This document shows positions 17,360-26,583 of a DNA stretch of 64,000 nt, piece after piece (the stretch's first letter is position 1; every line of letters starts with the position of its first letter). The position numbers and the translations under genes were made by a program. Below the pieces are notes generated by a model. That model was given only the letters and a program-made list of their open reading frames with translations. It was not told the origin of the DNA and ran no database searches. Origin of the DNA: Chitinophaga pinensis (lineage in GTDB: Bacteria; Bacteroidota; Bacteroidia; 2-12-FULL-35-15); NCBI GenBank assembly GCA_945879015.1, contig CAMCUO010000009.1:6444-70443 (forward strand). The letters run 5' to 3'.

Positions 17360-19348
17360 ATGGGCAAAGACCATCATCACGTTCACAAACTATCCGCAGC
17401 GGGCTTACTTGTAACATTAGGAATTATTTTTGGAGACATTGGAACTTCTCCTCTATACGTATTGAAAGCTATTGTTGGTGAAGGGCCAATCGATAGCATA
17501 ACAGTGCTTGGTGGCATCTCTTGTATTTTTTGGACACTTACTTTACAAACAACTTTAAAATATGTTATTCTAACTCTTCGTGCTGATAACAAAGGTGAAG
17601 GTGGAATTTTTGCACTTTACACTTTAGTAAAAAAGACCAAAGTAAAATGGCTGATGTTTCCTGCTGTTATTGGAGGAAGCGCAATTCTTGCAGAAGGCAT
17701 TATCACTCCTCCTATTTCCGTTTCCTCTGCAATTGAAGGATTGCGAATGGTGGATTCCTTAAAACACATTCCTACTGTTCCCATTGTAATTGTAATTATT
17801 ATTATTCTTTTTGCAATTCAGCAATTCGGTACTAAATCAATTGGAAAATTATTTGGCCCAATAATGCTTGTTTGGTTTTTGATGTTGGGAATACTTGGAG
17901 TATCACAACTTTCTGATAACTGGTCGGTGTTAAGTGCATTAAATCCAATGTACGGATACGATTTATTAGTAAAACATCCTGGAGGGTTTTGGGTCTTAGG
18001 CGCTGTTTTCCTTTGTACAACTGGAGCGGAGGCTTTGTATTCCGATTTAGGACATTGTGGTAAAGAAAATATTCGCATCAGTTGGATGTTTGTTAAAGTT
18101 ACTTTGGTGCTGAATTACTTCGGTCAAGGTGCTTGGCTTATTGCTCATCAAGGAGAACATTTGAACGGATCTAGTCCTTTCTACACCATAATGCCAACCT
18201 GGTTTTTACCCTTCGGAATTGCATTAGCAACTGTTGCAACAATAGTTGCCAGTCAGGCATTAATAAGTGGATCGTTTACGCTCATAAACGAAGCTATTCG
18301 CTTAAACTTTTGGCCAAAAGCCAAAATCAAATATCCTAGCGACCTCAAAGGTCAGTTATATATTCCATCTGTGAATTGGTTATTGTGTGCTGGTTGTATT
18401 TTGGTTGTTTTGTATTTTGAGGAGTCTACTAAAATGGAGGCGGCATACGGGTTAACAATTATTTTAGGAATGTTAATGTCCTCGCGTTTACTTGCATACT
18501 ATATGCGCATCAAACGTTTCTGGAAACCAATTATTTCAGGATTTATTGTTGTTTATCTTTTTGTTGAGATAGCTTTTTTGGTGGCACAGATGGATAAATT
18601 CTTGAAAGGTGGTTGGATTAGTTTAATGATTGCAGTGTTGCTTACATCCATTATGCTTATCTGGTATTATGCACGCAAAATCAGAAACAGATATGTGGAG
18701 TTTGTAAAACTTGCAGATCATTTACCCATTCTTGAAGACTTAAGTAGAGACTTAAGTGTTCCTAAATATGCAACACATTTAGTTTACTTAACAAGTGCAG
18801 ATAATAGAGAAGAAATTGAATCGAAAATTATTTATTCGATAATGCAGAAGCAGCCGAAACGTGCCGATATCTATTGGTTTGTACACGTTGATGTTGTAGA
18901 TGAGCCCTATCGAATGGAATACAAAGTTTGTGAATTTATTCATGATGATGTAATTCGAATCGATTTCAGATTAGGTTTCCGTGTTGCTCCTCGGGTGAAT
19001 TTAATGTTTAGAAAAGTGGTGGAAGATATGGTTAAGAACAAAGAAGTAGATATTACAAGTAGATACAAATCATTGAATAAAAATAATATCATTGGTGATT
19101 TTAGATTTATTGTAATCGAAAAATTCTTGTCGTACGAAAACGAATTGCCTATTCACGAAAAACTTATTTTGGATGTTTACAGTGTATTGAAACATTTGAG
19201 TTTATCAGAAGAAAAAGCATTTGGATTGGATACCAGCTCCGTAACAGTGGAAACCGTTCCATTGATTATTGCGCCACCAAAGGCTATTAACTTAAAACGG
19301 ATTATAGATTCTGAAGACATTATTCATCCCCCAGAACATAAAGAATAA
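17360..19348 (+). CDS. kup: KUP/HAK/KT family potassium uptake transporter
   Basis: 662 aa. It has the hallmark GIIFGDIGTSPLYV, about 12 TMs and a C-terminal cytoplasmic domain. Confidence 0.92.
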   Translation: MGKDHHHVHKLSAAGLLVTLGIIFGDIGTSPLYVLKAIVGEGPIDSITVLGGISCIFWTLTLQTTLKYVILTLRADNKGEGGIFALYTLVKKTKVKWLMFPAVIGGSAILAEGIITPPISVSSAIEGLRMVDSLKHIPTVPIVIVIIIILFAIQQFGTKSIGKLFGPIMLVWFLMLGILGVSQLSDNWSVLSALNPMYGYDLLVKHPGGFWVLGAVFLCTTGAEALYSDLGHCGKENIRISWMFVKVTLVLNYFGQGAWLIAHQGEHLNGSSPFYTIMPTWFLPFGIALATVATIVASQALISGSFTLINEAIRLNFWPKAKIKYPSDLKGQLYIPSVNWLLCAGCILVVLYFEESTKMEAAYGLTIILGMLMSSRLLAYYMRIKRFWKPIISGFIVVYLFVEIAFLVAQMDKFLKGGWISLMIAVLLTSIMLIWYYARKIRNRYVEFVKLADHLPILEDLSRDLSVPKYATHLVYLTSADNREEIESKIIYSIMQKQPKRADIYWFVHVDVVDEPYRMEYKVCEFIHDDVIRIDFRLGFRVAPRVNLMFRKVVEDMVKNKEVDITSRYKSLNKNNIIGDFRFIVIEKFLSYENELPIHEKLILDVYSVLKHLSLSEEKAFGLDTSSVTVETVPLIIAPPKAINLKRIIDSEDIIHPPEHKE

Positions 19349-19359
19349 TTACTAAAAAA

Positions 19360-19386
19360 GGCTGCCTCAAAAGAGACAGCCTTTTA
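19360..19386. terminator. Bidirectional terminator between kup (+) and the TPR gene (-)
   Basis: Stem GGCTGCCTC / GAGACAGCC (one mismatch), loop AAAA, flanked by A-run and T-run. Confidence 0.65.
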
Positions 19387-19405
19387 ATTTTATTCCATTT
19401 AACTA

Positions 19406-21001
19406 TTAACACTTCAATCCTGCAATTACTTTCTTCGCTTGAGCGTTTGTTGGATCCAACTCTAATACCTTTTGCATATATAATTTAACATTCGGACAAT
19501 CTTTTTTCTCAGCATAATATGCTGCTAAATAATTATACGCACCAATTAAATCGTTTTTATTTTTTTCAGCTTCTTCTGGTTTTACTTTCGTTAAATAGGT
19601 TTCATAGAAAGCTTTTGCTGCCCAATTTTTATTACCTGGATCCAATTGCACATTTGCTTTGGCTCTCCATAAATACCCGTATTGTGATTCTGGTTGAATT
19701 TTAATAATTTGTACTGCAGCAGAATCTGTATTTATAAAATCTTTTGCCGGATAGTATGCTCGAACCAATCCAAGATAATCATTTACTGAAGGCTTCCCTT
19801 TTTCCATTTTCACTTTGTAAGCAGCGATAGCTTCTGGAAATCTTTTCATTTTGATGTAAGCATTTGCGAGGTCTAAATTCAGATCAATTTTTTCAGGTTG
19901 CAACTCTAATGCTTTCTTAAAATCATTAACAGCAGAATTAAATCCAATAGAATCTTTAGCTGTCTTTAAAAGCAACTTTGCACGGTATTCGTAATCCAAA
20001 GGAATTATTTTATCAGCAGGTTGATTTGTAAACAAGTTGTTTATGTTTTCTAATCCTCCAACGTAGTCAGCAGTTTCATATTGGCTATAAGCCATATATC
20101 TATATGTAAATGGATTTACCGGCACACATTTTAAAGCTTCTTTTCCTGCTTCAACAGATTCTTTATAATTCTTAGCTTGATTTAAAATTCCAGAATATTG
20201 ACTTTTTGCACTACAATCATTATTTAATTGTAAGTAACGTTTTGCATTGTATGCAGCATTTCCATATTGTGTAGCACGTAAATAAATCTCAGCTAACTCA
20301 CGGTAAGCAGGCGCAAACATCGAGTCAATTAGTTTCGCTTTTTTGTATGTATCAATAGCCAACTGAAAATTCTTAGCACGATTCCAAACTTGTCCTTGTT
20401 TCAATAATGCTCTAGATGATTTAGGGTCAAGTGCTCCTGCTTTTTCGTAATTCTCCACTGCTTTTGTTCCGTTGTTTTGTTCTAAAAAAGCATCTCCAGT
20501 TAAAATATAAACTTCTGAATTTTTTGGTTCTAGCTTCGTAGCCTTTGCCAATAAAGTAAATGCGTCTGTTAAGTTTTTTGTTGGAGCGGCAATGTATGCT
20601 TCTGCAATTTTCATAAACACTGTTGCATTTTTTTCTGCACCTAAAGTAGTTGCTTTAAAAAAGTTTGCTTTTGCTTCAGCAGTTTGTCCTTTATACCACT
20701 GAACTTTTCCTAGTCCAACATAAGGCAACGGATTTGTTGGGTTTACATCAGCACCTTTTTGATACATAGTGTTTGCCATTTCCATGTTATCATTTTTAAA
20801 ATAGTTTTCACCATAATAAAAATAATAATCACCACTGTTGGGTTGAGTTTGAATCAACAATTTATAAGCAGCGTCTGCTGATTCAAATTGTTCGTTGGTA
20901 GTAAGTTTTAATGCATCATTTAAAGTTTGTGCAAACATGGTTGAAGAGGCAACCAAAAACAATCCTACTATTAATTTCGACTTTTTAATCTGGGCTTTCA
21001 T
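19406..21001 (-). CDS. Secreted tetratricopeptide-repeat protein (last gene of the Ton cluster)
   Basis: Signal peptide MKAQIKKSKLIVGLFLVASSTMFAQ from the ATG at 21001. TPR-like A/Y/L periodicity runs throughout (for example AIDTYKKAKLIDSMFAPAYRELAEIY). Confidence 0.8.
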   Translation of the reverse strand: MKAQIKKSKLIVGLFLVASSTMFAQTLNDALKLTTNEQFESADAAYKLLIQTQPNSGDYYFYYGENYFKNDNMEMANTMYQKGADVNPTNPLPYVGLGKVQWYKGQTAEAKANFFKATTLGAEKNATVFMKIAEAYIAAPTKNLTDAFTLLAKATKLEPKNSEVYILTGDAFLEQNNGTKAVENYEKAGALDPKSSRALLKQGQVWNRAKNFQLAIDTYKKAKLIDSMFAPAYRELAEIYLRATQYGNAAYNAKRYLQLNNDCSAKSQYSGILNQAKNYKESVEAGKEALKCVPVNPFTYRYMAYSQYETADYVGGLENINNLFTNQPADKIIPLDYEYRAKLLLKTAKDSIGFNSAVNDFKKALELQPEKIDLNLDLANAYIKMKRFPEAIAAYKVKMEKGKPSVNDYLGLVRAYYPAKDFINTDSAAVQIIKIQPESQYGYLWRAKANVQLDPGNKNWAAKAFYETYLTKVKPEEAEKNKNDLIGAYNYLAAYYAEKKDCPNVKLYMQKVLELDPTNAQAKKVIAGLKC

Positions 21002-21082
21002 ATTATTTTTTTTTGTCAGATTGAACAACCATATATTATCCTGTTTTAAAATTATAGGATATGGTGGTTTCATAATATTATA

Positions 21083-22039
21083 TTATTCTATATTAACTTC
21101 TACTAATCTTACCGGAGCAATAGCTGGGATCAATCCTGCTTTTAAAATCATTAGTTGTCCTTTGTCTCCAGCCACAAAGGATACAAATCCCATACCAAGT
21201 CCCGCACGTGTTTGTCTGCTAATCATATACACGTTTCTGGTAAATGGGTATTCTTTCGTTTTAATGTATGCCTGATAGGCTTTTAATGGCTTTGAGCCCT
21301 CTTCTTTTGCTATTGCAACCACTTTCACTTTTTTGAGGATATTCGTTGATGCTGAGTCGTCCATGTCGCTAATCCAGTTAACGCTTAAAAACCCTATTGC
21401 ATTTTTATGAGTGCTAACATATTCAATTACTTCGTTATTTGATTTTACAGCAAACACATTTTTTGAAAACCCCTTTCCTTCAAGCAGTGTATCTCTCATG
21501 TATCTAGCGTTTGCAGAACCTGCATTATCAAAAACAACATTTATTCCTTCTAATTCTGATTTATCATTTAGTTGTTTCCAAAGAGAATCACTCCCAGTTA
21601 AAATGGATTTTACTTGCGCTACAGTTAATGTTGTATCTGTGTTTTCAGGGTTTACAAGCAGCACAATCGCATCTTCTGCAATTTTGGTTGAAATAGGAAA
21701 CAAGTTCTTTGCCTCAAAGGATTTTCGTTCTGTTGGAGTAAGATCTCGACACATCACCACCACTTTACAGGAATCGTTTATCATCCGAGTAAGTGCTTCA
21801 TTTTCGGGAAGATAATTTACGTGAATTTTTGCGTTTTTGTAAATCGCCTCGAATGTAAACACTTGATTGTCAAATAGTTTCTGAAAAGATTCGTCCACCA
21901 CAACATTTACTTCTCCTGATGTTGGTGTATCTGTAGGGGCTGGTTTTCCCCCGTCACTTGAACACGACAACATCGTTGCAAAAACTACACTTATGCCAAC
22001 AAAAAAAATATTTTTAATATTAAAATTCTTATTCAGCAT
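21083..22039 (-). CDS. PstS-family (phosphate-binding-protein-like) periplasmic lipoprotein without cognate ABC genes
   Basis: Lipobox ATMLSCSSDGG, and a type-2 periplasmic-binding fold resembling PstS/PhoT-family proteins (VVVDESFQKLF..., NAIGFLSVNW). I prefer the ATG at 22039. No pstCAB genes are nearby. Confidence 0.65.
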   Translation of the reverse strand: MLNKNFNIKNIFFVGISVVFATMLSCSSDGGKPAPTDTPTSGEVNVVVDESFQKLFDNQVFTFEAIYKNAKIHVNYLPENEALTRMINDSCKVVVMCRDLTPTERKSFEAKNLFPISTKIAEDAIVLLVNPENTDTTLTVAQVKSILTGSDSLWKQLNDKSELEGINVVFDNAGSANARYMRDTLLEGKGFSKNVFAVKSNNEVIEYVSTHKNAIGFLSVNWISDMDDSASTNILKKVKVVAIAKEEGSKPLKAYQAYIKTKEYPFTRNVYMISRQTRAGLGMGFVSFVAGDKGQLMILKAGLIPAIAPVRLVEVNIE

Positions 22040-22298
22040 TTGCTGTTTCTTTCGATTCAATTTTTGTTTTTATTCTAATTGATTTGTTGATGTATCTACG
22101 ATAAGCAATATAAAAACGTAATGCACCGAACAAAATTAGAACAATTCCTATGATACTTCTTCCTTTTGGCATAAGATCGATCCAAGTGTCGGTGAAAAGG
22201 AACATTATGCCGATGGCAAGATAAAAAGCAAAAAGCAAAAAACTAAGGTAAAACCTTGGTTTGTTCCATGAATATTTTAGTTTGATTCTAAAACTCAT
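22029..22298 (-). CDS. Small two-TM membrane protein (paralog A)
   Basis: 89 aa with two hydrophobic helices (FYLSFLLFAFYLAIGIMFLF and IIGIVLILFGALRFYIAY). It is similar in layout and sequence to the adjacent 67-aa ORF, and its ends overlap both neighbours by 11 nt. Confidence 0.6.
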   Translation of the reverse strand: MSFRIKLKYSWNKPRFYLSFLLFAFYLAIGIMFLFTDTWIDLMPKGRSIIGIVLILFGALRFYIAYRRYINKSIRIKTKIESKETANAE

Positions 22299-22491
22299 TT
22301 TTTTGTTCTTTCTTGTGTTTGCGAATAATTAAAAAAGTTCTGATTACTGAGTAAATAAGCATGGTTGCGCCAAGTTCTTTTCTATAATTAGGAAATGTGT
22401 TGAGGGCAATATCCGTGAAAAAAAACAGCAATCCCAAGCCTAGATAAACTGCTATCATTAAAAAATTTGAATAATAGCGTATTTTATTCAC
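22288..22491 (-). CDS. Small two-TM membrane protein (paralog B)
   Basis: 67 aa, GTG start. FLMIAVYLGLGLLFFFTD...GATMLIYSVIRTFLIIRK parallels paralog A (AFYLAIGIMFLFTD...GIVLILFGALRFYIAYRR). Confidence 0.55.
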   Translation of the reverse strand: MNKIRYYSNFLMIAVYLGLGLLFFFTDIALNTFPNYRKELGATMLIYSVIRTFLIIRKHKKEQKNEF

Positions 22492-22539
22492 GGACGAATT
22501 GCTGTTAGTTTATTTTCAAGTAGAAAAAAATCTACAATA

Positions 22540-23355
22540 CTATCTTAAAATAAATTTAATTGGTAAGTTAAATTGAACACGAACTTCGCGACCATTTTGC
22601 TTACCTGGCTTCCAATTAGGCATTGATTTAACAACACGCATTGCTTCTTTATCGCAACCTGGTCCGCCCGAAACACCTCTTAATACTTTAACATCAGTGA
22701 TACTTCCATCTTTTTCAACAACAAATGTTACGTAACACGTACCTTGAATTTGTCCTTCTTTTTCCATTTGAGGATAAGAAACATTTTTTTGAATGTATTT
22801 CATCATCGCTGCTTCACCGCCTGGGAAAGCAGGCATTTGCTCAACAATAGTAAGTGGAGTTTCAATTACCGCTTCTACTACACCAGTCCCTTTTTCTTCA
22901 GGAATAATAATTTCATCTCCTGTTCCTTCAACCGTTTCTGTACTAATTTGTGGAGTTTCTTCTGTTTGAAGTGGTGGTGGTTCATCTATAACTTCATCAT
23001 CCGTAACAACAGGAGGAGTAAACTTCACCGTTTCCATTACTGGTGGTGGCGGTGGCGGTGGCGGTGGTGGCTCCGATTCGTCAATTGGAGGAGGAGCCGT
23101 AAGATCAACAATGGTGTTGTCGATAGGCACTTCCACTTCTTCCATTTTATTATTTATCCAATCAATAATTGCCGGCATACTAACGGCTAAAATAAATGTA
23201 GCTCCAGTAATTAATACAGCAAACGCAACACTACGATTATGATTTCTACGTAAGTCGTATGCTCCGTATGATTTATGTCTGTCTTCGAAAACTAGGTCGT
23301 TGCGCACAGGGGCAACTACACTGTTCCAATTATTAAATATGGATGATTCTGCCAT
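22540..23355 (-). CDS. tonB: Energy transducer TonB
   Basis: N-terminal TM anchor, a proline-rich spacer (EPPPPPPPPPPV) and a C-terminal TonB domain (YPQMEKEGQIQGTCYVTFVVEKDGSITDVKVLRGV...EAMRVVKSMPNWKPG). Confidence 0.9.
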   Translation of the reverse strand: MAESSIFNNWNSVVAPVRNDLVFEDRHKSYGAYDLRRNHNRSVAFAVLITGATFILAVSMPAIIDWINNKMEEVEVPIDNTIVDLTAPPPIDESEPPPPPPPPPPVMETVKFTPPVVTDDEVIDEPPPLQTEETPQISTETVEGTGDEIIIPEEKGTGVVEAVIETPLTIVEQMPAFPGGEAAMMKYIQKNVSYPQMEKEGQIQGTCYVTFVVEKDGSITDVKVLRGVSGGPGCDKEAMRVVKSMPNWKPGKQNGREVRVQFNLPIKFILR

Positions 23356-23362
23356 CTTTATT

Positions 23363-24016
23363 TTATTTAGCTGTTGACTTTAATAATTCTAATTCTTTTG
23401 CTCCTAAATCTACAACTGCGTATTTACCAATGTTGCAAATATTTAATTCATCAATTAAATCAATTACATTTTTATAAACTGCCTTGTCGTCTGATTTAAC
23501 CAATACTGTTAGAGCTGACGCTATTCCCTTTTCTCTTCTTACCAAGCGCTTAAATGTAGTATCAGCAATTTCTTTTTTCTTAAACTTTTCGGCTAAATCG
23601 TTTATGTTTTTAATTGTTGGAGCGTTTCTATCTAGTAAAATTTTATGCAATCCTTCTGATGAAAAATCTGTTTTAGTCAGTTTTGTTAATGGTTTCCCTT
23701 CTTTGTTTTCCATTCCTTCTGCAAAAAATTCTCCGTAATAATAATATGCTTGTTCTTTTCCGTCTTTATCTTTTTCTGTTAAAATAAAGGTAAGAGCATT
23801 GGTAACCTTAATTCTATCCTTTTCATCTTTTGGATCTGCTGGATAATTAATTTCCAATGTTTTTGGCTTTGCGAACGTAGACGTCAAAACGAAAAACGTA
23901 AGGAGCAAAAATGCCAAATCCACCATTGGTGTCATATCTATTCGTGTTGATGATTTTTTAGCCCGCTTTTTTTCGTGCTTTCCACCACCGCCACCACCTG
24001 TATTTACTTCTGCCAT
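23363..24016 (-). CDS. exbD: ExbD/TolR-family biopolymer transport protein (long form)
   Basis: IDMTPMVDLAFLLLTFFVL TM motif. 217 aa. Confidence 0.85.
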   Translation of the reverse strand: MAEVNTGGGGGGKHEKKRAKKSSTRIDMTPMVDLAFLLLTFFVLTSTFAKPKTLEINYPADPKDEKDRIKVTNALTFILTEKDKDGKEQAYYYYGEFFAEGMENKEGKPLTKLTKTDFSSEGLHKILLDRNAPTIKNINDLAEKFKKKEIADTTFKRLVRREKGIASALTVLVKSDDKAVYKNVIDLIDELNICNIGKYAVVDLGAKELELLKSTAK

Positions 24017-24082
24017 TTTATTCCGATTAAATGTTTTTAGTGCAAGAATTATTTATTAGATGCATTCCATAAATAATATTTT

Positions 24083-24751
24083 TTATTCTTTTGCTGGTGC
24101 AGGACCTTGTTCTAAGTCAGTAATCAAATTAAAAGAGTAAATTTCTAAATCGGTAAACACTTCGATTACTTCTTTTACTGCAATGTAATTTGCTTCTCCA
24201 TCTGCTTTGATAGCAAATCGCAAAGGCTCATATTTAAATTCTCTGCCAAGTTTTTCCGCTTTATCCTTTTCGCTTTTAGCTTGCTTAGCCGCTTCTATTC
24301 TGCCGAATTGAATCCAGTCGCCTAACTCATTGTGTAAAGAATCGTGAGGTATACCAGGAGATTTGCTTTTTACTCTATCCGCATCTTCCATGTTTATATA
24401 CTTCTTTAAGCTTGCCATTGGAACTCCAATACTAGTCATTCCACCAAAAGTTTCTACTTCTTTTGCTGTGAATTCGATTCTATATTGTTGCGCCATTTTC
24501 TGCAAAGTTCTTTTGCGAACATCCGAGTCGTTGATATTATAAAAAGGGTGCCCTTTGTCATCAATAGAGATTAATATTACATTTTTAGGTAATAACTTAT
24601 CTGCGGTAGAAGAAGGAGTATCAACAATAACGGGTTCAGTAACTCTAGAAGTAGCAGTAAGCATAAAGAAGGTAACCAAAAGGAAAGCTAAATCCACCAT
24701 TGGAGTCATGTCCAACGTGGGGCTACCTTTAGATGATTGTACTTCAGCCAT
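24083..24751 (-). CDS. exbD: ExbD/TolR-family biopolymer transport protein (long form)
   Basis: LDMTPMVDLAFLLVTFFML TM motif. 222 aa. Confidence 0.85.
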   Translation of the reverse strand: MAEVQSSKGSPTLDMTPMVDLAFLLVTFFMLTATSRVTEPVIVDTPSSTADKLLPKNVILISIDDKGHPFYNINDSDVRKRTLQKMAQQYRIEFTAKEVETFGGMTSIGVPMASLKKYINMEDADRVKSKSPGIPHDSLHNELGDWIQFGRIEAAKQAKSEKDKAEKLGREFKYEPLRFAIKADGEANYIAVKEVIEVFTDLEIYSFNLITDLEQGPAPAKE

Positions 24752-24791
24752 ATCTGTTTTTTTAAAAAATTAATTTATCTACTACCGAGAA

Positions 24792-25589
24792 TTATTTAGA
24801 TGTTTTCAAAGTGTGCAATAAGCTGTATCCAGCTTCGTCCATACTGTGAGTAATTGAATCTACACGGCTAGAGAAATAGTTGTAAGAAATAATTCCAACA
24901 ACAGAACCCAAGATACCGATAGCTGTATTGATAAGTGCTTCAGAGATACCTGTTGCAAGTGCAGCTGTATCAGGGGAACCTGCAGCAGACATAGCTGCAA
25001 ATGAACGAATCATACCTAATACTGTTCCAATCAAACCCCAAAGAGTTGCAATTGTAGCACAAGTTGTGATGATTGATAAATTTTTAGATAGCATTGGCAA
25101 TTCCAATGAAGTTGCTTCTTCTAATTCTTTTTTAACAGCGTCAATTTTATCTTCGCTATTTAAAGAACTATCGTTTTGAACTGTCTGAAGTTTTTCAACA
25201 CCAGCACGAACAACATTTGCAAGTGAACCTTGTTGTTTATCACATGCAGCAATTGCTTCCTCGTGTTGGTTGCTTGCTAATAAAGATTTGATAGTACGTA
25301 AAAATTCGTCTGATCTTCCTTTTCCTTTAGCTTTTGAAATGGTAATAAATCTTTCAATTGAAAAAGTAACAACAACCATAAAAATTGCCATCAATAAAGG
25401 CACGATTACTCCACCAGAATACATCATTCCTAGATAATCTCCTTGTTTTGGATGACCTTCTGCATCAAAGTGTGACGCATCACCTAATATAAAGACATAA
25501 ATTAGAATTCCAATTCCTAAACAGATTGAAATTGCTACAAGTGCGGTCATAAAGCTAAATCCGCCTGATGTTGATTTTTGATTACTCAT
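24792..25589 (-). CDS. exbB: MotA/TolQ/ExbB proton-channel protein
   Basis: 265 aa with three TMs and the conserved C-terminal channel region (LWGLIGTVLGMIRSF...TGISEALINTAIGILGSV). Confidence 0.88.
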   Translation of the reverse strand: MSNQKSTSGGFSFMTALVAISICLGIGILIYVFILGDASHFDAEGHPKQGDYLGMMYSGGVIVPLLMAIFMVVVTFSIERFITISKAKGKGRSDEFLRTIKSLLASNQHEEAIAACDKQQGSLANVVRAGVEKLQTVQNDSSLNSEDKIDAVKKELEEATSLELPMLSKNLSIITTCATIATLWGLIGTVLGMIRSFAAMSAAGSPDTAALATGISEALINTAIGILGSVVGIISYNYFSSRVDSITHSMDEAGYSLLHTLKTSK

Positions 25590-25822
25590 ATTTATTTGAT
25601 TTTGGTTAATTTTATTATTTAGTTTTTAATACATGCAAATTCGTGAAAATATATTCTTTTTTTTCTACTAAAATTTTCTTCAATAGGGCATCAAACATAC
25701 TAAATCTATTTCTAAAGTAAAAATTTTTCATGTGTAAATAAATGGTTAATTATCTTAAAGTAAAGCTAGCTTATAACCGCAAATTACTATAAAAGATTGC
25801 ATTGAGAATTTCCCTTTTATTA

Positions 25823-25857
25823 AATGGTGGGATTTGAGACGTTAATGGTGGGATTTG
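25823..25857. repeat. Direct 14-mer doublet AATGGTGGGATTTG x2 (21-nt period)
   Basis: Exact copies at 25823-25836 and 25844-25857, in the dedA-exbB spacer about 235-270 nt upstream of the exbB start. Confidence 0.8.
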
Positions 25858-25871
25858 GTATTTAAAGGAAG

Positions 25872-25919
25872 CCTCATCCGTCCCGCTTATAGCGGAACAC
25901 CTTCTCCAAATGGAGAAGG
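25872..25919. repeat. Double-hairpin REP-like element, copy A
   Basis: CCTCATCCGTCCCGCTTATAGCGGAACACCTTCTCCAAATGGAGAAGG. Hairpin 1 is CCGC-TTAT-AGCGG and hairpin 2 is CCTTCTCC-AAA-TGGAGAAGG. Its homolog is at 39717-39762. It lies 12 nt past the dedA stop codon. Confidence 0.8.
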
Positions 25920-25930
25920 AAAAAGAAAAA

Positions 25931-26560
25931 TTAGCGGTTTTTGGTCGCTTTTGTTTTCACAAAGAGTGAGGCTATCGTTATGATTATCAGTCCGATAATG
26001 ATATAACCAATGTTGTTGAACACCCATGGATCGGAACCTAAATAATATCCTATTCCAGCCAGAGAACCCACCCAAATAATGGCTCCAATTATATTGTAAA
26101 ATATATATTTTTTATAGTCCATTTGAATCATCCCACCTATCACTGGTGCAAAATTGCGGATCAAAGGAAGAAAGCGCCCTACTATCAATATTTTTCCGCC
26201 ATGTTCATCATATAAATTTATGGTACGGTCTATCCACCATTTTTTGAATATAAAGATCTTAGTATCTGGCTTCATGCATCTTGGCCCCATCGTTTTAAAG
26301 CCAAACCAATAGCCAATGTAATAACCAACTATTGCAGCGATGGAAAGCAAAATGATTAAGACAGGAAGATTTACTCCCAATGTTTCGGCCTTTGAATGAC
26401 AAAGAATCCCTGCCATAAAGATGAGGGAGTTTCCTGGCAGGAAAAACCCTGCTAGAAAAGAACATTCAGCAAAAACTATAAAGATTAGGAAAGCCAGACT
26501 ACCCCAATTAATGATATATTGGGCATCACTAAAATTCCTGATAAATTGTATTACTTCCAT
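25931..26560 (-). CDS. DedA-family (VTT domain) membrane protein
   Basis: 209 aa with DedA motifs: FLPGNSLIFMAG, GRFLPLIRNFAPVIGG. Confidence 0.88.
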   Translation of the reverse strand: MEVIQFIRNFSDAQYIINWGSLAFLIFIVFAECSFLAGFFLPGNSLIFMAGILCHSKAETLGVNLPVLIILLSIAAIVGYYIGYWFGFKTMGPRCMKPDTKIFIFKKWWIDRTINLYDEHGGKILIVGRFLPLIRNFAPVIGGMIQMDYKKYIFYNIIGAIIWVGSLAGIGYYLGSDPWVFNNIGYIIIGLIIITIASLFVKTKATKNR

Positions 26561-26583
26561 TCGGGGTGCAAAAATACAATTTT

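Noticed and set aside
22744-23190. 148-aa plus-strand W/R-rich ORF
   Set aside because: It is the antisense of tonB. The WWWRWRWRWW run is the complement of the poly-proline codons.
25887-26075. 62-aa ORF (and the similar 26529-26720 ORF) overlapping the dedA genes
   Set aside because: They are out of frame with strongly supported DedA genes. The C-terminus of the first (SPFGEGVPL) is simply a translation of the REP-like double hairpin.
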